From contig JAZDOB010000010.1 in assembly GCA_043799105.1 (NCBI GenBank), positions 10,516 to 74,515 of the forward strand: DNA of 64,000 nt, given 5' to 3'. The notes beneath the pieces are model-generated. The model was not told where the DNA came from. It searched no databases and saw only the letters and a list, made by a program, of their open reading frames with translations. This stretch comes from Candidatus Zambryskiibacteriota bacterium. GTDB lineage: Bacteria > Patescibacteriota > Minisyncoccia > Phycocordibacterales > WO2-35-19. Below are positions 39,011 to 48,309 of the stretch, piece after piece; position 1 is the stretch's first letter, and every line of letters starts with the position of its first letter. A program made the position numbers and the translations under genes.

Positions 39011-39780
39011 AAAACCTTTGTATCATACAGGCCAGAATGAATTCTGCTCGTCTACCGGGTAAGATTTTGATGAAAATAGGGGACAAAACCATTCTTGAGT
39101 ATGTTATAACCAGAGTAAAGCAAGCTAAAAATATAGACAAAATTGTCGTGGCTACTACCGACCGGAAGGAGGACGATGCTACAGAAAATATTTGTAAAAA
39201 AATTGGCGTCGATTGTTTTCGCGGTTCCGAAAATGACGTACTTGACCGATTTTATCAGACAGCCAAAAAATATGAAGCTGATACAATCATCCGAATTACC
39301 GGCGACTGCCCCTTGCTTCCCCCGGAAGTGATTGAACAGCTCTTGAATAAATTTAATGAAGGCAATTTTGGTATAGTTTCGAGCGGGCCTTCGTTTGCGG
39401 AAGGTTTTGACTGTGAGATTTTTTCTTTTAAGATGCTTGAAGTGGCTCATAAGAACGCTTCCAAGGTTTCGGAGCGTGAGCATGTTACTTTGTATCTTCA
39501 CACTCATCCGGAAGTTTGCAAAAAATGCGCGGTGGAAAATAAAACCGATGACAGCAAATATAGAGTGGTGGTTGACGAACCCGGAGATTTCACTGTTGTT
39601 AAAACAATTATAGAAAATTTTTATCCTCAAAATCCAAATTTCACAATTGATGATATCAAAAAATTTTTAGACCAGCATCCTGAAATAACCCAAATAAATA
39701 ATGACATCATTAGAAATGAAGGGCTCATAAAATCTTTAGCGGTAGAAAAAAATCAAGGCAAAAAATCCCATGAAAAATAA
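38998..39780 (+). CDS. SpsF-like acylneuraminate cytidylyltransferase
   Basis: IIQARMNSARLPGK, FRGSENDVLDRF, RITGDCP, REHVT. Confidence 0.85.
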   Translation: MEKIKNLCIIQARMNSARLPGKILMKIGDKTILEYVITRVKQAKNIDKIVVATTDRKEDDATENICKKIGVDCFRGSENDVLDRFYQTAKKYEADTIIRITGDCPLLPPEVIEQLLNKFNEGNFGIVSSGPSFAEGFDCEIFSFKMLEVAHKNASKVSEREHVTLYLHTHPEVCKKCAVENKTDDSKYRVVVDEPGDFTVVKTIIENFYPQNPNFTIDDIKKFLDQHPEITQINNDIIRNEGLIKSLAVEKNQGKKSHEK

Positions 39781-40828
39781 AACTATAAAAATTGGAAATA
39801 AAATAATTGCAGAAAATATGCCAGCATTTATTGTTGCTGAAATGTCGGGCAATCACAATCAGGACATAAATAGAGCCTTCGCTATTATTGATGCTGCGGC
39901 TTCAGCCGGAGCAGATGCTGTCAAACTCCAAACCTACACTCCGGAGACCATAACCATTGACGCGAACAACAAGCATTTTGTCATCAAGAGTCCAAATAAG
40001 GATTGGAATGGTAAAACTCTCTTTGGGTTGTATGGAGAGGCTTACACTCCGTGGGATTGGCAGCCGAAACTGAAAAAGTACGTAGAAAGCAAGGGTTTGA
40101 TTTGTTTTTCCACCCCATTTGACGATACCGCGGTTGATTTTTTGGAAAAAATGAAAGTTGGAGTTTATAAGGTTGCTTCTCCGGAAGTGGTGGACATACC
40201 TCTCTTGGAGCGTATAGGCAAAACCAGAAAACCGGTTATCATGTCCAGAGGCATGGCTACCATTTCCGAAATAAAACTGGCGCTAAAAACCCTTAGAGAA
40301 AACGGTTGCTCACAAGTGATTATACTTCAATGTGTGAGCGCTTATCCCGCCAAAGCAGAGGATATGAATCTTCTTACTATCTCGGACATTGAAAAGCGTT
40401 TTAAAACCATAGCTGGTCTCTCCGACCACAGTTTGACGACGGATATTGCGGTGGCGGCCGTGGCTTTAGGTGCGAAAGTTATTGAGAAGCATTTGACGCT
40501 GAAACGTTCTGATGGCGGACCGGACGCTGCCTTCTCGCTTGAGCCGGATGAATTCAAAAAAATGGTGGAAGCTATTAGAGTCGTAGAAAAAGCAGTTGGC
40601 AAACCTTTCTACGGATCCAAGAAAGGGGTAGGTGAAAATATTATGGGCAGAAAATCTTTGTTTGTTGTTAAAGATGTTAAAGCCGGAGAAAAATTTACCA
40701 GAGAAAACCTCAAATCAATACGGCCTGGCTACGGTTTGGAGCCGAAATATTACAGAAAGGTTTTAGGAAAGCTGGCGGCAAAAAATATTAGCAGGGGAAC
40801 GCCATTAAAATTAAATATGATCATATGA
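39770..40828 (+). CDS. pseI: Pseudaminic acid synthase (NeuB family)
   Basis: AEMSGNHN, ADAVKLQTY, AYTPWDW, STPFD, GLSDH, IEKH, DAAFSLEP; C-terminal SAF domain. Confidence 0.9.
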   Translation: MKNKTIKIGNKIIAENMPAFIVAEMSGNHNQDINRAFAIIDAAASAGADAVKLQTYTPETITIDANNKHFVIKSPNKDWNGKTLFGLYGEAYTPWDWQPKLKKYVESKGLICFSTPFDDTAVDFLEKMKVGVYKVASPEVVDIPLLERIGKTRKPVIMSRGMATISEIKLALKTLRENGCSQVIILQCVSAYPAKAEDMNLLTISDIEKRFKTIAGLSDHSLTTDIAVAAVALGAKVIEKHLTLKRSDGGPDAAFSLEPDEFKKMVEAIRVVEKAVGKPFYGSKKGVGENIMGRKSLFVVKDVKAGEKFTRENLKSIRPGYGLEPKYYRKVLGKLAAKNISRGTPLKLNMII

Positions 40829-42015
40829 AGAAAAAATTAATGTCTGTGGGTGCCGGTCCTTTTCAAAAGAAAGGCATTGAAACTGCCAGAAAAATGGGCT
40901 TATATGTGATTGCTACCGATATGGACCCCAAAGCTGCCGGATTTTCCAGTGCCGATAAATCATATACAGTCGATGTTCGCGATGCGGAAAAAAATCTTAA
41001 AATCGCCAAAGCGGAAAAAATAAACGGGGTGATAGCCATAGCTTCCGATGTAAGCGTCATGACGGTTGCCACCGTAAATAAAGCACTTGGATTGGCAGGA
41101 ATTAATCCCGATGTAGCCGAACGCTGTATTGACAAGGAGCTGATGAGAAAAGCTTTCGTCGCTGGCGGAGTGCCGGCGCCAAAATTCTTCGGCATCCACA
41201 ATCTTGAAGAGTTGATGGAAAAATCCAAGTTGGTTAAATTTCCGGTTGTAGTCAAACCGGCCGATAGCGCCGGCAGCCGGGGAGTACAAAAGGTGGAGCG
41301 GCCGGAAGATTTGCCGAGGGCTTATGAAAAGGCAATCGGATATTCTCATAAGAAAAAGCTGGTTTTGGAAGAATTCATGGAAGGAGTGGAAGTGAGCGTT
41401 GAAGCCATGGTAGTAGGAGGAAAAATACACATAATGGCTTTGTCCGATAAAATAAGAACTGAGCCGCCATATCTCTTGGATATTCAGATAACTTTCCCTT
41501 CCGCTTATCCTAAAAAAGTTCAGGAGAAAATTATTTATGTGGCGAAACGGGCCATAAAAGCAGTCGGCGTTACGACCGGCCCCATACACATGGAACTTAT
41601 GATGACTCCGAATGGCCCGGTGCCGGTGGAACTTGCCGCCCGAGGCCCCGGCTTCAAGATTTTTTCAGATATTATCCCGATGGTTACCGGTATAGATGTC
41701 ATGAAAGCCGCCATTGATTTAGTTATGGGCAACAGGCCGAAACTGAGGCACACCAGAAAAAAATCCTCCACAATAAAATTTCTCTCGGCCATTGCCGGTA
41801 CGGTCAAATCAATCAAAGGAGTTGAAGAAATAAGAAAAATGAAAGGTATTTATGAGATTGAAATGTATGTAAAGCCGGGAGACAAAACCAAAGCTTTAAC
41901 CAGCGGCTCGGAAAGAATCGGCCACATCATATCTTTTGCTTCCACCCGCAAGGAATCAGTGAACGTTATCAATAAGGCTGTTAAAAAATTGAATGTAGAA
42001 ATTATTCCCGACTAA
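40825..42015 (+). CDS. ATP-grasp ligase
   Basis: DKELMR, FPVVVKPADSAGSRGV, LEEFMEG, HMEL, ELAAR. Confidence 0.85.
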   Translation: MKKKLMSVGAGPFQKKGIETARKMGLYVIATDMDPKAAGFSSADKSYTVDVRDAEKNLKIAKAEKINGVIAIASDVSVMTVATVNKALGLAGINPDVAERCIDKELMRKAFVAGGVPAPKFFGIHNLEELMEKSKLVKFPVVVKPADSAGSRGVQKVERPEDLPRAYEKAIGYSHKKKLVLEEFMEGVEVSVEAMVVGGKIHIMALSDKIRTEPPYLLDIQITFPSAYPKKVQEKIIYVAKRAIKAVGVTTGPIHMELMMTPNGPVPVELAARGPGFKIFSDIIPMVTGIDVMKAAIDLVMGNRPKLRHTRKKSSTIKFLSAIAGTVKSIKGVEEIRKMKGIYEIEMYVKPGDKTKALTSGSERIGHIISFASTRKESVNVINKAVKKLNVEIIPD

Positions 42016-42016
42016 A

Positions 42017-42643
42017 ATGAACACTAAGGACAAAAAAATAATCATTGAAAGATACAAAAACCGCTTTAAAGAACACGGCATAAATGTCAAAGCTTTAGCT
42101 TCGGGAAATACAGAACGCCAGAGAATGAGATTTAAAGTCTTGAGCGAAGTTGGCAATCTGGAAGACCAGATTATTTTGGACATAGGATGCGGATTTGGCG
42201 ATTTTTACGCTTATCTCAAAGAGCAAGGCATAAAAGCTAAATATGTCGGCTTAGATATCTGCCCTCCTTTTATTGATGTCTGCAAAGAACGTTTTCCAGA
42301 GGCGCGTTTTGAGGTTGGTGATATTGAAAATTCAGTTCCCAAAGGAAAATTTGATTACATTATTTCCTCCCAGACCTTCAACAACAAACTTCAGTTTGGT
42401 GACAACGAAAAAGTCATACGAAATATCATTAAAAAAGGTTATAAAATATGCGAGAAGGGTATGGCCATAGATATGCTCACCAAATACGTTGATTTTGAAG
42501 AACCCCATCTGCACTATTATAGTCCGGAAGAAATTTTTACATTTTGTAAAAAACTTACCAAACGGGTCACACTCCGCCATGACTATCCTCTTTATGAATT
42601 TATGATTTATCTTTATAAAGACTTTAAGGGCTGGAAATCCTAA
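42017..42643 (+). CDS. Class I SAM-dependent methyltransferase
   Basis: ILDIGCGFG, YVGLDI, FDYI. Confidence 0.9.
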   Translation: MNTKDKKIIIERYKNRFKEHGINVKALASGNTERQRMRFKVLSEVGNLEDQIILDIGCGFGDFYAYLKEQGIKAKYVGLDICPPFIDVCKERFPEARFEVGDIENSVPKGKFDYIISSQTFNNKLQFGDNEKVIRNIIKKGYKICEKGMAIDMLTKYVDFEEPHLHYYSPEEIFTFCKKLTKRVTLRHDYPLYEFMIYLYKDFKGWKS

Positions 42644-42662
42644 AAACAAAAACCGCTAAATT

Positions 42663-43568
42663 ATGCAAACAATTTACTTGACACTTACCGTAGACCTGGA
42701 CCCCGATAATTTTGACGCTTCGATATTTGGCAAGGTGGATAAAATGTCGTGGAAAGGAATAGATGAAGGTTTACCGCCTTTTCTGGAAAAAATTGAAAAT
42801 CTCAAAGACTCATTTGGCAGTAAACCTTTGATTACTTGGTTTGTCAGAGCAGATAAGGAATTGTTTGATGTTTATGGTGATTATAATTATCTTTTAGGCC
42901 GCTATTCTGATTTTTTAAACAGACGATTAAAAGCTGGAGATGAAATAGGCTGGCATCCTCATGAAAATAAAATGAAAGATTTAATTTCTGCTCATGAAGC
43001 TCTCAAGCCCATCGATAAAAATTTTGTTTCGGTTCGTGTGGGCAATTCTTTTCATAACAATGATTTTATGCACGCTTTCTCAAAGTGGGGATTTAAAGTA
43101 GACAGCACAGCCTTACCGGGCAGAATCAGGAGCGACAAAGAACGTATTTTAGATTGGCGAGAAACTCCGGAGAAACCATATTTCCCGTCTGCTTCCGATT
43201 ACCGTTTGTCGGGTGGGGATTCCAGCGAAATTCTTGAGGTTCCTTTTTCAATGATTGAAACTCAAAGCAGTGAAGATCAAAAACCCATAAAAAGATATTT
43301 AAATTTGTCTTATGAGCATAATTTAATACAAAATTCACTTCGCTCTTTAATTGCCGAAAAGCAGTTGCTTGTTTCCATTGTTCACCCTTCGGAACTTTTG
43401 GACAAACAACCCAAGCACTCCATTATCGCTTTTGGTACTGATATAGCGACCAAAAATCTGGCTTTTATTTTGAAAGAAGCAGAAACTTATGACAAAAAAA
43501 TAAAATTTACGACAATGAAAGAAACAGGAGAACTGGTTAACCAAAAAATTATTTCTTATGCCAAATAG
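42663..43568 (+). CDS. Polysaccharide deacetylase-like (CE4 fold) protein
   Basis: TVDLD, ITWFV, EIGWHPH, VDST, EVP, HPSE. Confidence 0.7.
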   Translation: MQTIYLTLTVDLDPDNFDASIFGKVDKMSWKGIDEGLPPFLEKIENLKDSFGSKPLITWFVRADKELFDVYGDYNYLLGRYSDFLNRRLKAGDEIGWHPHENKMKDLISAHEALKPIDKNFVSVRVGNSFHNNDFMHAFSKWGFKVDSTALPGRIRSDKERILDWRETPEKPYFPSASDYRLSGGDSSEILEVPFSMIETQSSEDQKPIKRYLNLSYEHNLIQNSLRSLIAEKQLLVSIVHPSELLDKQPKHSIIAFGTDIATKNLAFILKEAETYDKKIKFTTMKETGELVNQKIISYAK

Positions 43569-44664
43569 AACAAACAAAAAAATACTTGAACAAAAATTGG
43601 CTGAAATGCACGGCCGTCGGCACTGTCTTTTTGTTAGTCGGGCTACGGTAGCCATTTATCTGGCACTCAAATCTTTGGGCCACAAAAACGGGAAAGTAGT
43701 TATACCTTCTTTGGTATGTTTGAGTGTTCCTAATGCGGTTATTTACAGCGGGCTTAAGCCGATTTACTGTGACGTTAGTCTCAAGGATTTTAATATTGAT
43801 TTAAATAAGCTTGAAAAAATCTTAAGCGAAGAAAAAAATATACGAGTGGTAATAGTTCCTCATATGTATGGACATCCGACAAATATGAATCGCCTTATGT
43901 CTCTGGCAAATAAATTCAAAGTGGCTGTTATAGAAGATGTCGCCCAAGCCATGGGGGGTGATTTCCGGGGAAAAATTTTGGGCTCGTTTGGAGACTTCTC
44001 GGTGTTGAGTTTTGGCCACACCAAAATCATAGAAACTTCTGGCGGGGGAGCGCTTCTCTTTGATAAAGACGAATATAAAGAAAAAATAATCGAAACAGAA
44101 AAAGAACTTGCTTTGCTGAAGCAAAATAAAAAACTTGCAGAAATTTATTCGGAAACATATTATGCTCTTATGCCGCTTGCTCGCAAGCAAAAATCTCTAG
44201 CAGCTCTTTTTTCATCATTTCCTTATATTTTCAAAGACCTCTATCTTTTTGGCAGTTTTGATAATAACGTTATTCCCGGAATTTATAAAAAATTGTCAGA
44301 AATTAAAGATGCAGTTTCCAAAAGAAACAAAAATGCCAGATATTACAAAGAACATCTCATCCATCCCGCTATTGTCCACCCAGACTACAAGGGAAACGGA
44401 GTGTCTTGGAGATACAGCTTCCTTATAAAAGGCGATAAGCAGCAAGAAATTGCCAATGCTATAAGAAAAAAGGGCATAGACATAAGCAACTGGTATCACC
44501 CTGTCCATTTGATGTATGAATTTAATCATCCCAAACTAAAGAATGCCGAATACATAGGGGACCACATTTTCAATCTTTGGGTTTTACCCACGCTGACCAA
44601 AAAAGAATTAAAGAAGAATTCGGATGCTGTACTTAAAGTTCTTAATAGCCAACACTTTAAATGA
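43558..44664 (+). CDS. DegT/DnrJ/EryC1/StrS family aminotransferase
   Basis: PHMYG, IEDVAQAMG, SFGHTK, GGG. Confidence 0.85.
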   Translation: MPNRTNKKILEQKLAEMHGRRHCLFVSRATVAIYLALKSLGHKNGKVVIPSLVCLSVPNAVIYSGLKPIYCDVSLKDFNIDLNKLEKILSEEKNIRVVIVPHMYGHPTNMNRLMSLANKFKVAVIEDVAQAMGGDFRGKILGSFGDFSVLSFGHTKIIETSGGGALLFDKDEYKEKIIETEKELALLKQNKKLAEIYSETYYALMPLARKQKSLAALFSSFPYIFKDLYLFGSFDNNVIPGIYKKLSEIKDAVSKRNKNARYYKEHLIHPAIVHPDYKGNGVSWRYSFLIKGDKQQEIANAIRKKGIDISNWYHPVHLMYEFNHPKLKNAEYIGDHIFNLWVLPTLTKKELKKNSDAVLKVLNSQHFK

Positions 44665-45677
44665 AAACAAATATAATCAAAGCGGCAGATAAGGATTTTA
44701 AAAAATTGTGGCTATCACTACGATCATCGGATCAGACCGAGTATCCTCAGTACTCATTTTTGGATATTGACTATTCCATAGAATATTTTTCCAGTTCGGT
44801 CTCTGAAAATTTTTCTTTTATTATCACAAATGATAGCGTGCCTATTATGGGTGTCATAATTGCTGGAATGATTAACCAAGACAAAAAAAGGGAACTCTCG
44901 GGATTTGGAAGGCCGATTTTTTGTATTGAAAATAGAAAAAATGAAAATTTTGATATTGATGAGGTTAAATCTTTGTTTAAGGAAGAATTAAATAAAGTTA
45001 TTGAAAAATTTCAGCCTGATAAAATAATTTTTAGAAATTTTGGTGATAGTTTATCGCTGATGGGTAGATTTCTTTTGGATATGGGGGCACAAATTTCTCC
45101 TCAATTTACAAATGTCATAGACTTGTCTCTTCCCGAGGCAAAGCTTAAATACAATTTGAGACACAGTTATCGCAGTCTTATAAATTGGGGCCTTAAAAAT
45201 CTAAAAATAGAAATTATTGATTCTAAAAACATTAGTGAAGAAAAAATGGAAGCTTTTAGGAAATTGCACATAGAAGTGGCTGGCAGAGAAACCCGTTCAA
45301 AAAAAACCTGGCAATATCAACTTGAAATGATTAAAAACAAAGAAACTTTCGCCATTTTTGGGTATTTGGGTGAAGAATTGGTGACTGCTGCCCTGTTTGA
45401 ATATAGCTCAAAATATTGTTTTTACGGGGTTTCCGCCTCAAAAAGGGAATTGTTTGACAAGCCTATGAGCCACGCTTTAATTTGGACCGCTATTCTCTAT
45501 GCTAAAAAAATCGGCTGCATTTTTTTTGAGACAGGCAAACAATTTTTTCCTTATCACAAACAATCCATAAAAATATCAAATAAAGATTTTGGGATAAGCA
45601 CTTTCAAAAGAGGTTTCGGTGGGGAAATATTTATCCGTAATAATATAATCTGGGAAAAAAATGAAGAACAAAAATAG
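44661..45677 (+). CDS. FemAB/GNAT-like acyl- or aminoacyltransferase
   Basis: IDLSLPE, LRHSYRSLI, HALIW, FKRGFGG. Confidence 0.7.
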   Translation: MKTNIIKAADKDFKKLWLSLRSSDQTEYPQYSFLDIDYSIEYFSSSVSENFSFIITNDSVPIMGVIIAGMINQDKKRELSGFGRPIFCIENRKNENFDIDEVKSLFKEELNKVIEKFQPDKIIFRNFGDSLSLMGRFLLDMGAQISPQFTNVIDLSLPEAKLKYNLRHSYRSLINWGLKNLKIEIIDSKNISEEKMEAFRKLHIEVAGRETRSKKTWQYQLEMIKNKETFAIFGYLGEELVTAALFEYSSKYCFYGVSASKRELFDKPMSHALIWTAILYAKKIGCIFFETGKQFFPYHKQSIKISNKDFGISTFKRGFGGEIFIRNNIIWEKNEEQK

Positions 45678-46974
45678 CGGACAAAAATTGTGGGAAAAAG
45701 CCAAAAAAATTATTCCTGGCGGTAATCAGTTGCTGTCAAAGAGGGCGGAAATGTTTTTGCCTGATGGCTGGCCGGCTTATTACAAAAAGGCCAAGGGCAT
45801 TGAGGTGACCGATTTGGATGGGAAGAAATATTTGGATTTTTCACTTATGGGAGTGGGCTCGTGTATTCTCGGTTACGCTGACCCTGATATAAATAAAGCT
45901 GTAAAAAAAGCTATTGATGACGGCTCTATGTCTACTCTGAATTGCCCGGAAGAAGTGGAACTTGCTGAAAAACTGCTCGCTCTTCATCCATGGCCTGGAA
46001 TGGTCAGGTTTGCCAGGACAGGAGGGGAGGCCAATGCTATAGCCCTGAGGATTGCTAGAGTATATAGCGGAAAAGACAAGGTAGCGTTTTGTGGTTATCA
46101 CGGTTGGCATGATTGGTATCTTTCCAGTAATTTGGCATCGGATGAAAATTTAGACGGGCATTTGTTGCCTGGCTTGGAGCCCAAAGGAGTGCCCCGTGGC
46201 CTCCTTGAAACGGCTTTGCCTTTCCGTTACAACCATTTGGAAGAACTTGAGGCCATAGTCAAAAGACACGACATAGGAGTTATTTTTCTTGAAGCTATCC
46301 GACATGATGAACCGGAGAATAATTTTTTGGAAAGAGTTAGAAAAATCGCTTCACGTATCGGAGCAGTACTTATATTTGATGAAGTTTCTTCCGGTTTTCG
46401 CGATCGATTAGGTGGCGCTTATACTCGTTTTGGCGTAGAACCTGACATGGTGGTTTATGGTAAAGCTCTTGGTAATGGTTTTCCTATTACAGCTATTGTG
46501 GGCAGAAAAGAAATAATGGATGCAGCACAGAAAACTTTTATAAGCAGTACGCTTTGGACCGAAAGGATTGGGCCGGTTGCGGCTCTGGCTGTTATGAAAA
46601 AATTCAAGAAAGAAAACGTAGCTTCTTACATAAAAACCATCGGAGCTGAAATTGGTAAAGGTTGGAGAGAACTGGCTAAAAAGCACGGCTTGAATATTGA
46701 TGTCCATGGTCCGGAATATGTTATCAACTTTGCTTTTAATTATGATAATGCCCAAGAATTAAAAACCTTATTCATTCAAGAGATGTTGGATCTTGGTTTC
46801 TTATCCACCAATTTGGTCTATGTCACTTTTGCCCATAAAAAATCTCACGTTAAAAATTATCTCAAAGCCGTGGATAAAGTTTTTGGCATACTGAAAACAG
46901 CTATTAATAAAAATGATGTCAAAAGCCGTTTGCGCGGACCGGTAGCTCACACAGGTTTCCATAGATTGACTTAG
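45661..46974 (+). CDS. Class III PLP aminotransferase (GSA-aminomutase-like)
   Basis: IPGG, DLDGKKYLD, RTGGEA, GYHGW, LIFDEVSSGFR, PDMVVYGK. Confidence 0.9.
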   Translation: MKNKNSGQKLWEKAKKIIPGGNQLLSKRAEMFLPDGWPAYYKKAKGIEVTDLDGKKYLDFSLMGVGSCILGYADPDINKAVKKAIDDGSMSTLNCPEEVELAEKLLALHPWPGMVRFARTGGEANAIALRIARVYSGKDKVAFCGYHGWHDWYLSSNLASDENLDGHLLPGLEPKGVPRGLLETALPFRYNHLEELEAIVKRHDIGVIFLEAIRHDEPENNFLERVRKIASRIGAVLIFDEVSSGFRDRLGGAYTRFGVEPDMVVYGKALGNGFPITAIVGRKEIMDAAQKTFISSTLWTERIGPVAALAVMKKFKKENVASYIKTIGAEIGKGWRELAKKHGLNIDVHGPEYVINFAFNYDNAQELKTLFIQEMLDLGFLSTNLVYVTFAHKKSHVKNYLKAVDKVFGILKTAINKNDVKSRLRGPVAHTGFHRLT

Positions 46975-47075
46975 ACCCATATTTTGATATTTATCACAAC
47001 TTTAGTATTATAGACTATCTGTAATCAAAAATTATTAAAAGATGAATTTGATAAAAAAATAATTAATTAAATTTT

Positions 47076-48134
47076 ATGGAATTTATTAAAACTGACAAAT
47101 ATAAAAAGGGCAATTTTAAAAAACCAATTAGTTTTGATGACTTAAAAACATTGGAAAAAGTAAAAGTTAACCAAAAATTAGAACTTTTGCCCGATACTGC
47201 CAATATAGCTTTACTTGATAAATATGCCAAGATGGGTTTGAAAGTAATTCCCATTCGACGCATTTCCAGTCGGGATTGGTCGCAGAGAAAAGATTTTCCC
47301 AATAGAGTTCTTTTGGAAATGACCTCGCGTTGTAATTATAATTGTCGAATGTGTCCGCGTTATAATCTGACAAGGCCTAGGATTGATTTTGACAAAGATT
47401 TATATCTCAAAGTAATTGACGAGCTTGACCAGCACGGTATCCAGGGCATCTGGCTTTTCAATTTGGGCGAGCCGATTTTGCACCCAGACTGGAAAGAGAT
47501 TGTTGATTATGTGGGCAATAAAAAGAATATTGAAATGATTTGGTTTAGCACCAATGGTTTCGCATTTGATAGCGACTGCGCTGATTTTGTTTTAAAATCC
47601 AATATTACTTTTTTGAATTATTCTTTGCATGGGACCAATTCTAAAACTTACGGTTATGTTGCTCCAAAAATTAATTACAAGACTGTCAGAAAAAACCTGG
47701 AATATCTGCTGAAGAAAAAACAAGAATTGGGCCAAGGCCCGATAGTCCACATCCAGATGATTGACCAGGCTGGTACCCATGATAATATCAATGAATTTTT
47801 AGAGACATTTTATCAAACCGGCGAGATTGTAAGTATCAATGCTTTGGAATATGCCAATCTGCCGAATAACCAATACGGCCTGAGTCGAAAAAGACCGTCT
47901 CTTGTTAAAAAATGCAATCGGCTATCGAGAGGCGATTGTTTTATTGTTTCCAATGGCGACATCCAACCTTGTGAAGCCGCTTATAATGGCGAAATTCCAC
48001 TGGGCAACGTTAAAGAAAAACCGGTTAAAGAAATCTGGAATTCTCCAATTCGGCTTAAGATGCTGAAGCTCAACGATAAAGGTGAATTATTTAAGATAGA
48101 TCATTGCAGTAAATGCACGGATTATGATTTATAG
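47076..48134 (+). CDS. Radical SAM enzyme with SPASM/twitch domain
   Basis: CNYNCRMC, GEPILHP, STNG; C-terminal CNRL...GDIQPC...LGN...CSKC. Confidence 0.9.
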   Translation: MEFIKTDKYKKGNFKKPISFDDLKTLEKVKVNQKLELLPDTANIALLDKYAKMGLKVIPIRRISSRDWSQRKDFPNRVLLEMTSRCNYNCRMCPRYNLTRPRIDFDKDLYLKVIDELDQHGIQGIWLFNLGEPILHPDWKEIVDYVGNKKNIEMIWFSTNGFAFDSDCADFVLKSNITFLNYSLHGTNSKTYGYVAPKINYKTVRKNLEYLLKKKQELGQGPIVHIQMIDQAGTHDNINEFLETFYQTGEIVSINALEYANLPNNQYGLSRKRPSLVKKCNRLSRGDCFIVSNGDIQPCEAAYNGEIPLGNVKEKPVKEIWNSPIRLKMLKLNDKGELFKIDHCSKCTDYDL

Positions 48135-48177
48135 AACAATAAAAATCGGTAAGAGAACTGTTGGCTCTAGGAAGTAA
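48124..48177 (+). pseudogene. Possible 5' remnant of a NeuB/PseI-like gene
   Basis: ATG overlaps the upstream gene's end; MIYRTIKIGKRTVGSRK* resembles the KTIKIGNKII start of pseI at 39770. Confidence 0.4.
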
Positions 48178-48244
48178 GGGTCAACTAGAAATTGAGTTCT
48201 TAGCGGGAGAGCTAAATCCCCGCTAGTCTTACAAATGAATACCG

Positions 48245-48273
48245 GGGGTGGCCAACACAGGTCACCCCTTTTT
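48245..48273 (+). terminator. Intrinsic terminator
   Basis: ggggtggcc-aacaca-ggtcacccc followed by ttttt. Confidence 0.8.
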
Positions 48274-48309
48274 GTTGATATTTTGATTTATTTTAGTATG
48301 ATATAACCC

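Noticed and set aside
45661-46974. hemL (tetrapyrrole synthesis)
   Set aside because: GSA-aminomutase-like fold, but embedded in a sugar-modification operon with no other hem genes.
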